DNA of 63,381 nucleotides, counting the filler, from Octopus bimaculoides (lineage: Eukaryota), in NCBI RefSeq assembly GCF_001194135.2. It is 4 parts of 4 records of this genome, joined end to end, with 100 filler letters (N's around TTAATTAATTAA, not from the genome) between each part and the next. Parts side by side here need not be neighbours in the genome. Positions count along the whole stretch, not along the records: positions 23,848 to 47,172 come from NC_068999.1; 3 more parts are not named here. One strand, given 5' to 3'. The notes under the pieces are model-generated. The model was not told where the DNA came from. It saw only the letters and a list, made by a program, of their open reading frames with translations, and did no database searches. Positions 26,027 through 37,479 of the stretch are shown in pieces. Position numbers and translations under genes: made by a program. Every line of letters begins with the position of its first letter. Within the stretch, counting starts at the first letter, position 1.

Positions 26027-26232
26027 TGTTATGATCCTTAAATGTCGGATTGTTATAACGCCCACTTCGGTATAGCAGTATAGTTGTTAGACGAGTAAAC
26101 ACACGACTATCTATGAACGCCTATTTCGTAGTCTCTGCTTATACTAATCGATGTCACCTTATTTATAGGGACTAACACACACCACACGTCACATGAGAGG
26201 GGTGTAACATTGTTACTATTATCCCCACAACA
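26027..26232 (-). repeat. 3' LTR (206 bp), with PPT at 26233-26244
   Basis: tgttatgatccttaaat...actattatccccacaaca. The adjacent tctctcctttt is the PPT aaaaggagaga on the minus strand. Confidence 0.85.
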
Positions 26233-27759
26233 TCTCTCCTTTTAAGCTTTTCTTGTTTTCTCAAGGTGTGGCATTCTATTTCTTTTATTAAAAGGACCAG
26301 CGTTTTTGTTTAAAGGACCAGCGAAATTGCTATATAGTCTCGACTACGGAGCATCTATTTTTGGTCTCAAGTTTCACATTTTATCGTGGGTAATTTTGCT
26401 GCCAGAGCACATCCAGCCTTTCACGAAAATTTCGATTTCTCTATCAATTTTTGGCCAGTATACGTATTCCACTATTTGAACAATTCCATCCACTCTGCGT
26501 CGAATAGATTAATTGAATTTTTTAGTACATATACTTTGCAATTTTAATTTGGTCACGAAATGCTACATTACACACAAATTCACCGACGAAAAACTATATT
26601 TTGCCATGTGCAACTTTTGTAGCTTTAATCAATTTCGGCTTACCGAAATACTTCCAACTTTCTTCATTTACAATAGTAATATCACTTCCAGTGCGTAATT
26701 GCAGTTTTACTCTGGTATTTTTAATTTTCAAATTTATGAATTTTCTCTTTGTTATATTACCATTTTGTTTCGATGACATACTTCTTTGTCCTTATGTATT
26801 GTCAACTTGGTTTTTATATGTTCCAGTTTTCCACAACGGAAGGATTCCGCTTTCTTAAATAATTTTTTAAATTTTTTTATCAGGTATCGACCTACATATG
26901 CAAAATACGGACTGTTTTCCTGATCCTTGTCCTGTCTGTTCTTCTTATTTCGCTCTTGTTTCACTTAGGAGAATTCTCTATATTCAAATTTCTCTGTGTC
27001 GTGTCTTAACTTTACTTTTCTTTTACACTCTTCTGACACTTGTGAGGGTAGAGTCTGATCTTGTTCCAGCTTTGTGAGAGTTTTTGTTCCTACTTCTGCG
27101 TCTATTTCTGCAGTTAGTCCCTGAGTAAATATCAAAGCCTTGAGCATATCTGGAGTGTCCAGCTTGTACTTGTCACATTCCCTGATAGTTCTACCAGCAT
27201 ATGTGATGTAGTGCTCCTCATTGTTCTTTTCTAGGCTCAAACATTTCCAAAGTGTATTGAACAACGAGGTTTTCTCACTAAAAATGTAAAACAATATGTC
27301 TATTCCATGTTTAAAATTTATGCCAGAATGTTTCTTCGGGGGTATTTATTGCTGTAACGCTCATTTTCACCTTCTGCCAATTTTCGTAAGATTGAACGCA
27401 TTTATATATCATAGTCCTAATCTTTGCACTCTTCATTGAAGATTTGTTCGTATCTTCCATAGTACGCCTCCAAGGTAATTCTTTTGTCTGTTATCGAGTT
27501 CGCAACATAATCTGGCGCGGACATTTTTTCAGCATTTCCTGACGACTTACTATTCATTAATTGCAGCGTGTTTTGCTGTAATTGTAATTGTTGCTGTTCA
27601 TGCAGTTATACCATTTGCTTTTGTTGCTGTTTTTGCAACTCGAGCAAACAGGCCAGCACATTTTCCAAAATTTACGTTTTTTTTTCTCTGTAAAATTCGA
27701 ACAAAAAGCTTTTGTGTGTTTTGTAACTCCTCGTGAGTTTGTTAATTACTTGTCGTCAC

Positions 27760-28079
27760 TGTTGTAATCCTTAAATCACGTATCTGCTGCCCAGTAGTTA
27801 GGGCAGCAGATACGCTGTCATAGGATCACGGTTTCGATTCCCACAACGGGCGTTGTGCTGTTTATTGAGCGAAAACACCTAAAGCTTCACGAGCAGGCTG
27901 TTCCTTTGATCGGATCAACTGGAACTCTCGTCGTCGTACCCGATGGAGTGCCACGATTTAAGAACGTCTACTTCGTACTCTCTCCTTATACTGACCGACG
28001 TCACCATATTCATAACAACTAGCATATATCACGTGTTACGTGGGAAGGTTGTACCATTATTACTATTATCCTCACAACA
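27760..28079 (-). repeat. 5' LTR interrupted by a SINE, with PBS at 27749-27759
   Basis: tgttgtaatccttaaat...actattatcctcacaaca. The minus-strand gtgacgacaag follows the LTR, resembling a TGGCGACGA-type PBS. Confidence 0.8.
27779..27953 (+). mobile_element. SINE family D inserted in the 5' LTR
   Basis: gtcatagga...ggtttcgattc...gtttattg.gcgaaaacacctaaagc is shared with 62055-62527. Confidence 0.8.
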
Positions 28080-28149
28080 TAAAGTCGACAAATCTGGATT
28101 TTACGTCGCTTCAAATCTGAAGTATAGCAGCATGCTATTTTGCCAAAGA

Positions 28150-28700
28150 TTTTATGGCTTCTGTTATTATACGATACCAGCTTATTAACTGTGGAAACCA
28201 ACCCTGAAGAGAAAGATAAGCAATGTTTGAGAAGATAGATTCGGTTAACAAGGAGTCTATTTTGCATCGTTCTGTATGTCTCAACCAATACGCTACGACT
28301 TCTAATCAGCTGCCTCTCAAAGACGTTCTTAGTGACAAGAAGAAGAGAGACCATGAAGTACAAATATTCCAGTGACCAACTGTGGCAGGAGCAGGCAATG
28401 AATTTTGCGCTGGTAGGGAATTTAGTTCTGCAAGGGAGTTGCTGGTGCAGAGGAATGATTGAGGCGTGAGTCCCTGGTTGGGTGTGTGATAATAGGGCGA
28501 TCAAGCTTAGACAACTTCCTAATCCATCAAACTGGAAGCACCAAGTGAAAAAAGAGGAGAGAAATAAGGAGTCAGCACGGATGTAGGAGAAACAAGGACT
28601 AGTAGGATGGTGGGACTCAGCAAACAAGGACCCTAGATAAGGTTGGTCAATGTACAGCAGCAGAAAAAAATACCTGGTAGATTGACATCCAGCGTGTCTA
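28150..28700 (-). mobile_element. Possible RTE 5' UTR/endonuclease remnant
   Basis: VGHWNICT and LEVVA..ET resemble IGxWNVRT and LDIxALxET of APE endonucleases. Very degenerate. Confidence 0.3.
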
Positions 28701-28859
28701 CGACATTACCAATCAGACAAACCTTTACGTGTGAGGGAAACACATCCTAGTCCCTTGAGTTCTAAAACAGACGCTTTTCAAAATTATTCAGTAGCTGCCC
28801 CAGAGCCTTAGCTGATGGTCGCCACCGCTGCCCTCACGTTCATGCAATCACATATACAC

Positions 28860-28904
28860 ATACACATACAAACACACACACACACACACATAGACGCGCA
28901 CTCA

Positions 28905-28960
<56 letters not shown>

Positions 28961-29036
28961 NNNNNNNNNNNNNNNNNNNNNNNNNNNNNNNNNNNNNNNN
29001 NNNNNNNNNNNNNNNNNNNNNNNNNNNNNNNNNNNN

Positions 29037-29125
<89 letters not shown>
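28860..29125. repeat. (CA)n - gap - (GT)n
   Basis: Opposite-orientation dinucleotide arrays flank an N run. Confidence 0.9.
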
Positions 29126-31526
29126 TATCTGAAGAGAATTGTTGTTTATCTGGTAATATGAGCAGCTCTACTTTTGCTGTTAGCAGCACAAATAACTTGC
29201 CAGATATCTGATCAATTCGATAAATTTGTGAATTTGTGCCTGAAATATATAAAGTGATTAAATCGATTAGCTTTTCTGCATTGTAAAAAGCTCTCCGTCT
29301 TTATTCACATCAATTCCTTATTACACTGTTACCACTGGTTTCGGGTAAAACGTAGCGCTACTCAGGAAATATGGTTATATTCCATTCCTCAAGACTGACT
29401 TCATAACGCGTAAAATTTCAAGATGATTACTCAGTAAAATGCCATGTAAGTTGAAACAGTCCGAGATAATACGGGACGAAATTTAGTTCTTTCTACTAAA
29501 AGAGAAATGTATGGCCGAATGTCCAAATTATATTCTCTCTCTTATACGATGTTTGATTAAACGAAGCAAGTTTAATTTTTAATCCTATAAGTTGAAGAGC
29601 AATAACCATGTAAACGTGAACGTTCAATATGTGAACTTAAACTAATAATCGATTTGAATTTGGTGATAATGGTTGAACAAACTCAATTGGTTTAAGTCCA
29701 TAAATATAAAGATAAGAATAATAGAAGCTGGAGAAAAACAAATAGAAAGAAAAACAAAAATAAAGTAGGTTATATCATTAGAAAGAAAACACACACACAA
29801 CACATGCACAAACACGCACACGCACATACACACACGCATACACGCACACCAACATACAAACACCAACGCACGCATACACACACACACGCATACACAAACA
29901 CGCACACACACGCATACAAAAGCAGGAAACAAAGTAAAGAAAGTATAGAGAGAAACAAAAGCGAATGATTAAGGAGACGCTCGAAAAGGAAATTCTCGAA
30001 AATGGTTTCTAATACGTAACCTGATATTTCCATTTAACTAGTATGCATCTGTTCCTCTGAGGGCATCTTCTCACAAATTTCTGTTTCCATTTAAAATAAA
30101 TATTAACTATTAACGTTTTAAGACTGTGCGTCAGACTGGGCCCGCACTTCCCTTCTTTTATATCACCCTTTTATATATATCTCCCAGTTCTCTCGCATTC
30201 TTCATTTGATACCATATACGATGTTTGTATTTACCAATGACCATACAGCATAAATTATAATGCAGGCTCTGAAGGAATGTTTGACCTGGTGAAAATTCTA
30301 AAAAATTCAGGCATATTTAGTAGAGTACGGCATAAAAGTTACGCATACTGTTGGAGTTGTTTCTACCTACATGAAAGAAGGACAATAGAGAAGTAGTAAT
30401 TGAGAGAACTAGAAGAAAGATTAAATCGAAGTTGACCTGATCTTTGTTCATTTAAACAATACATATGACATTAAAATGTTTAGGTTGTTTGTGAAGTGTA
30501 CTTAGCTTGGAACACCATTCAAGAGATAAACATGTTATTATCCGCTTGGTAGATCAATTTTATCATTAATGACAGCCAATAATAAAAAAATTAAAAAAAT
30601 TGAAATATGTAACGAGCTTCAATTCTCGGAAATGTACTGGAGTATACAATAGGTTTTTGGTGATGTTTTTGTGAATGCTGCGTAAGCAAAAGCTGTAGGA
30701 TACAAGACCGCTTTAAATAAGGGAATAATACTCATATATCCATCAAATATGAAATGACTTGTGTTAAACGTTGTTCAGAAGTTAATCGACGACACTTTAG
30801 CAAAGGGGTTTGGAAAGATTAAGAAAAGAGACTTAACATCTTGGTCAAACATCCATTGGCAATTTAAAGTTTCCTTATGAAAAGAAGGACAAAAAGATGT
30901 AAATTGTTTTCTTCCAAGAAGCATCTCACTAATGAAAATGTTAATTTGAAAAGGAGGACGAGCGCTTGCAGCATCTACATCACTGAAAGGCATCATCTGG
31001 TTTTACGTTCGTCGTATTGGCGCCGTTACATTTGTGAAGATATGGCTCCATTTTTGTAATTTTGCGATTACAGGTTTTGGAAGAGGTGCTCATTATCACT
31101 GCAGATTAAACAACTTTTATTATTATGTGTGTATCGGGCAACATATCTTAGAAATCACTATTCCTTTCCCAATTAGTTCTATTATATTACTTAAAGTTTA
31201 GACAGTTTGCTGCCAATGGAGGTAGTATTGTATATGTATATCTCCAGCAGGGCGGCTTACTTTTCATGCCTAAGTTTGTTTTGCAGGCTGCATAAGACAC
31301 CCATAATTAAACGATGTGATCGAGGAGTAGGATGTGATGAGGGTCAGTTTTACATGTGAAAATAAAAGGTCGAACAAATGTCCATAATGATACATATAAG
31401 TAAATTTATAAACAGAGACATGCATACAATCAAGTCCACGCATATTGAAAGGCATACTCACTCACACATAATGCTTATGTATTTGTGTGTATGTATATAT
31501 ACATACATATATATATATATTTGTGT

Positions 31527-31591
<65 letters not shown>

Positions 31592-34289
31592 TGTGTGTGT
31601 GTGTGAGTATGTGTGTGTATTTATTTATTTATTTAGTTATTTAATATCTGCAAATCCGAATTTAGCAACACAATGACTACTGCTTTATCTTTGATATAAA
31701 GAAGCCAAAACCGAATTGAATTCCTAAATATTTTACATTTTTTTATATATTCATTTACCTCTTACTGAAGTGACACCTAAAATCTTAAAATTATTTAAAA
31801 TTCTCTATATTCAATTGAATATAATTTGACAAATTGACTACGAAGCAGAAAATCACAACCTTTACGCTTCTTTTTGAGTTACACGAAAGGACATAGTGGA
31901 AACATGTAAAACTTTATTCATTACTCTTTTGGCAAATGTAGTTTAGACATTAGATATTATAGTAGTGTAATTAATTCAATTCAAGTATAACACGTGATGG
32001 AATCTTTAGGTCTTTCAATGTATTTGCTGATTTTTTCATATTGCAACAGCATATAAAATCTTATAATGTGAATAATTAGTCTTACATTATTTTTCGACAT
32101 TACAAATTTGTTATTCATAAAATTACTAAAATTGCTCCAACTAACAATATTATTATTACCATTATCATTACAATTATAACTCTTATTATTACTTTTATTA
32201 TCATTAATAATATATTAATAATAATAATGATTCTAATTAACAGATCGTTTTTATTATTGTTTTCGTTAAATAAATGAGTAGCGACTTTTCCCTCCAGATT
32301 TAAAGATATTTAAGATATTTTTCGTATGTACATAGGTATAAAGATATTAAAAATTTGTCAGTCAACATAGACAAAAATAACTACCAACTAACCTGTAAAT
32401 CAATGATGAAAATAAGTCAAATACGCAGTCATAATAACCACCTCCCCCCAAAAAGGTGCGCTACTCTTCACAGTGCAAACTGCAAAACACAATGCAAAAA
32501 TTCATTGACACTGGGTGAAGTAGTATTATATGTTCACTGTAAGATTTCACCAAAGCATTCTATAGATATACTTATTCATAATTACGATTTGATGAACTAC
32601 TGTGATAGAACTCTAATAACTAATTTCATAGTAATCATCACCCGAATCACAATCGAGAACAGAATTTTACGTAGATGAACAAAAGCAGAATTTCCGAAAC
32701 GTGAAACTTCGGGCACATCTGCGACAGCAACAAGGTGAACATATTTAAACCTCAACCAATACCGGGAGGTGGAATCGCTGTACTTTCGGAAAAGTGAGGC
32801 CTTGGAAAAAGTGATGAACTTCCTATGCCCAGAGTGTATTTCTGTAGTTTTGGAAGCGATCAGCACCGAAGGCCGTAAGTTCCGAAAAGTATCCGTCCCA
32901 GCTACATCAGTTTTGCAGCAGCCAAATTTCTTTCAGCACCTAGAATCTTCGTTGGAAAACATTCTGCATTTTAGTGCCAGATGGAGATTAGAAAGGGATC
33001 TTTGATGCACCATGGGCTTGTGTGGCACGAGCCAGTATAGAAACCGATTGAGAAACCTCAGAAAAAATGTCCAGATGCCTAAACGATGTTGACGGATAAA
33101 ACATGGATAATATACGCGAGGTTCTCCAGATTGAATCTAGACAGAATATTGTAGTCTAGTTGATACGGACAGCATTTGCTGTCTGCAATTTCAAATTATC
33201 GCCTTAAAGTTTTGACCTGTATGGTCGACAGAGTTAAACTTCATGGGTAATGATCCACTTAGAGAGACCAGATTTGTGAATTAGGTAAATGGGGGTTAAC
33301 GGCGCAAGTTTTCAATTACAAGTGTTGCTTCGTCCTAAAGAGCGTAATGAAAACAGAATAAAAAAAGATTAGTAAACTGAAATAGAAATGCAGATTATAC
33401 TATGCAGACAATTTGTTCGAAGATAGAAAAATAGATAATGCGTGCATATGCGTGTTTCAGAAGTCCTTGCTTTATTTTCAGAAAGACATGCAACGCATTA
33501 ACCATCCACAAACACATTGGTTAAATAACCATCAATTATAGTTGTGTAACACTATTGAATATACCAATTTTACATAGTAAACGCATTCCTTGCACTAATT
33601 ACTGATTGACACGTATTCGTATAATTAGACTTTGTAACTTCTTGTGATGGCTCTAGTTTCAATATAAAAATATAAAGATAAGGTTCACAAAGGATTGAAT
33701 AGCACTACGAAAACAAGTGTGAATTGGTATTGCATCATGGTTCCATAACGAAATACGAAGTCCCGATCAACGATTAATATGTTCGTACCAGTTGTGAGGA
33801 TTGTGCTTAATATGTAATATTGCTATATCTACTTGCTTTACACCGTTATATATGGTGATTGCTTAAGCAATATATTCGAGGATGTGTTCGATGTGATCAT
33901 GAAGAAGGTACAAGAACTACTGAAATATGAACATACAACCATTACTTAGTGCTCTATCTACGATCGCATAGTTTGCTTTGACGAAACGTCGTAACTTCCA
34001 GTAATGGCTCTAGTTTCTTTAGAATATCGGTAGAGAAAGCTCTAAAATGTGATTTAGGTGTTGGAATAGTTTTCTAAACCCAGGCTGGACGCCGCTGGAT
34101 ACTAGCAAATTCTGAACGTAATATTGAGTAAGGATACAATATTGTAACAGTAACAGCTGAGACGTTTAGGGTCGAGAGCTTTCTTATGCATTGGAAATAC
34201 ATATTTCTGTGAGACATCGATGCTGATAGATAAAAAAATGATTCATACAAAGTTTAATCTAATGTAAAGCATGAATCCTCATGACGTCA

Positions 34290-34385
34290 GGTTATTTCAT
34301 TTCATTTCCACGAATCTCACACTGTACTTATTAATGTTGGAAGGAGTTGTCAACACTCCGTTCGTGGAAATGAAATGAAATAACC
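34290..34385. mobile_element. 96-bp MITE-like element with perfect 25-bp TIRs
   Basis: ggttatttcatttcatttccacgaa (34290-34314) and its exact reverse complement (34361-34385). Flanks are tca/tta. Confidence 0.55.
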
Positions 34386-35529
34386 TTAGGCTCACAACTA
34401 CTCAAATAAAAGTGTGTGCGCGTGTATATATATNNNNNNNNNNNNNNNNNNNNNNNNNNNNNNNNNNNNNNNNNNNNNNNNNNNNNNNNNNNNNNNNNNN
34501 NNNNNNNNNNNNNNNNNNNNNNNNNNNNNNNNNNNNNNNNNNNNNNNNNNNNNNNNNNNNNNNNNNNNNNNNNNNNNNNNNNNNNNNNNNNNNNNNNNNN
34601 NNNNNNNNNNNNNNNNNNNNNNNNNNNNNNNNNNNNNNNNNNNNNNNNNNNNNNNNNNNNNNNNNNNNNNNNNNNNNNNNNNNNNNNNNNNNNNNNNNNN
34701 NNNNNNNNNNNNNNNNNNNNNNNNNNNNNNNNNNNNNNNNNNNNNNNNNNNNNNNNNNNNNNNNNNNNNNNNNNNNNNNNNNNNNNNNNNNNNNNNNTAT
34801 ATATATATATATATATATATATATTGCTGTATTTCGGGACGGTCATATTTTTGTTAAATAAACATACGCACTATATATTCGTTCTTCACTCGTTAATTAC
34901 TGTTCTTATTCTAACTCATGCCCATTGTCCAGAAATCTTTCGTCACACATCTAAGACCTTCTCAGTGACACTTTCCATTTTTTTGTGTATACTTACTCTG
35001 CTTATTTCATTCTGTTCTTCTATGATATGTATCCACATATGCCCATGTGTCTATATTTGTATGCGTGTGTGTGTACATTTGCGTTTGTGTGTGCGTGTGT
35101 CATTGTTTTTGTGTGAGTGTCATTGTTTTTAGTAGCACTATGACCCTCCCGTACTCCATTGCCTCTGCTGCTGCCCTCTACCCCGACTTTATGTACCATT
35201 CTTGTAACTTGCTATGTTTGTGTGTTAAACCCACGCTGCTGCCATCGTGATAGATGTTGTTTTTGTTGCCATTACTGCTTGTCGTGTTGTTGATATTGTT
35301 GCAGCCGTCTGTGAAGTTACCGTATGTGTGCTTGCGTGTGTGTATATGAGTTCGTTTCCTATATTCTTTGCATCCGTTCCCTTCATACAGATTTTTTTCG
35401 TTTCTAATTTTTCTTATATCTATCATAGGTACGTGCATATGTGTCCATTGTATGTTTATTACGCTGTTTGTATCAGATTTTTCTTCTTTTTCTCCCTTCA
35501 GTCTTTAGTCTTTATTCGTAATGTTGCGT

Positions 35530-36160
35530 TGTGTGGTAGTGGGTGTTCTTGTTTAATACGTGCTTTCGGTTGAGGCTCGGCCTGTCTATTGCTCTGTGTA
35601 CAGCCTCTATGATCTGTCTAAGTGTCGTATCAGTTCCATGCGTTGAAAATACTTTGAGCTCTTTGCTATTGACTGAGTCACTATGTTCTGCTTGAGCATG
35701 TTAGTAGACCACTGACGAGCCTTTCGAGTCTTTGTGCTCTCACCAGTGTTCACCTATATGATTTCCTATGCTGCGTGCTGTTTCTTCAATGTAAGTAGTT
35801 GTCATGCTTTTGCACCGTGCCTCAGGACATCGTAAGCTATATACTATACTCTACTCCTTACCTTACAGTTAATTCTTGAGTTCTTCCTGCATAGAATACA
35901 ACTGTTCTCCTTACATGGGGACTTATCAAAGGGATAAGTTCTACAGAACAGGGAGTTCATAGGGGCACCAGGCCTTTCTACTACTTTAATCCGTAGATTG
36001 GCCTCATCTAATGACTTTTCTAAAATAGTAGGCATATCTATTAGCATCAACGAACTCTGCTATTTTTTGTTAGCCTTAACTATCTTTTTTCTGGTCCTAT
36101 CTGTGTTGCTCCCGAATTAACTCCTGTATAGCGGACAGATTCCCTGTGCATCAGTCTCTA
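35530..36160 (-). mobile_element. Penelope-like linker + GIY-YIG endonuclease remnant
   Basis: ORF 35844..36050 LRIKVVERPG...PFDKSPCKENSCILC...NCKVRS continues as VYSLRC...TTYIEETARSIGNHIGEH...HAQAEH...LRQIIEAVH. Confidence 0.8.
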
Positions 36161-36187
36161 CGCTGTGTTTGTACTTAGCTCTGGCTC

Positions 36188-36255
36188 CTTTGCACACTCC
36201 AATCCTTTGTACACTCCAATCCTTTGTACACTCCAATCCTTTGTACACTCCAATC
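36188..36255. repeat. 17-bp tandem repeat, about 4 copies
   Basis: Unit tacactccaatcctttg. Confidence 0.9.
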
Positions 36256-37479
36256 GTACATGCGAGACACATCCCTCATCATTCTTACCAAGTCAGCTAT
36301 AAGAATATCAAACTTGGTGTCGAACATGGGTGTGTTCTTGTACGAATCTTGCAACAAAAATTCATAAACGTGTATGTATATATATAATGTGTGTGAAATT
36401 AAAAGAGGTGGAGAATGATGTTAGTCTATGTGATTATATGTATGGAAAATAAAAACAATACAGTTTCACAGTAAATATTTTTGCCCTTATAAGGTCAATT
36501 TGGCATATATTCTTTATATAAACATGGAAATAAGGAGAAATAAGGAATCACATGTTGCTTCGACTGTTTTGTATTATAAAAGTTATTAGCATTTAGCTTT
36601 TTGACTTTTGCGGTTAGAAGGAGTTTTTTCTTAGTATAGGAAAAAAGTCATATTTAACTGACCTACATCCGGTTTTGCTAATTTCAGTTCTATAAAGTTT
36701 TATATATTTTTCCCTGCTTCCTTATTTAACATCATGTACAGCTTAAAGAATAAAAAAGACATGTCGCTTATGACATTTCTAAAATAGGTTAAGAAATACT
36801 GGTTTTTTTTTATTTCCTTCATTACTTATGACGTTTCTAAAGCAAGGACGCAATTCTGATTTATGTCTTTCCGTCGTTTGTGCTCCAACATAATCGATTA
36901 CTGTTATCAGAAGACGGGGTGATCTATTCTCAGAGGGTATCAACCCATTTTTCCGTTGTTGGAATTATCATAGCTGACATTTGTTCCAATGTTGTTCTTG
37001 TTACTAGCTGTTTAAATTTGGTACAGTTATTAGGTAGACCTCTGGAAAGTTTGTAATTTTATTTTGTTCTAAATTCGTATTCAGAAGAATATAAATGCAT
37101 ACATACATACATGCATGCATGCATACATACATACATGTCTGCACATGAATATGCATATCCACTTATGTATTATAGTTATATATACATACATGTGTATGCG
37201 TATGTTTGTGTGTATGTGTGTGTGTGTGTACACGCACGAATATGTATTTATCTATACGTATACACTCCCACACATACATATATACTTCATTGCTTCCCGT
37301 TATATCGCTTGTTAGCATTCAGATCCTCAAAAAATAGTATACAAGAAAGGTATTAGTATAAACATATTGACAGCTGGAGTATTTACTGACATTTTTTATG
37401 CCTAGGTTATCATTTATTGAGAATGTGCAATAGTGTAACTGACTGGAGGAACATTCCACCTGTAAAGTCAGTGTTACGA

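Larger units (their letters stand above)
26027..28079 (-). mobile_element. Ty3/Gypsy LTR retrotransposon, internally deleted
   Basis: Two TG..CA LTRs, PBS, PPT and a 5-bp TSD taaaa/taaag. Gag remnant (ORF 26965..27294 KALIFTQGL...RTKxLxKLEQD), protease (VKLQLRTGSDITI, degenerate DTG) and integrase zinc-binding piece (YVYWPKIDREIE...FAGPL). Confidence 0.85.

Noticed and set aside
28019-28627. 202-aa minus ORF as a host gene
   Set aside because: No recognisable domain. It starts in probable RTE-derived sequence and runs into the Gypsy LTR.
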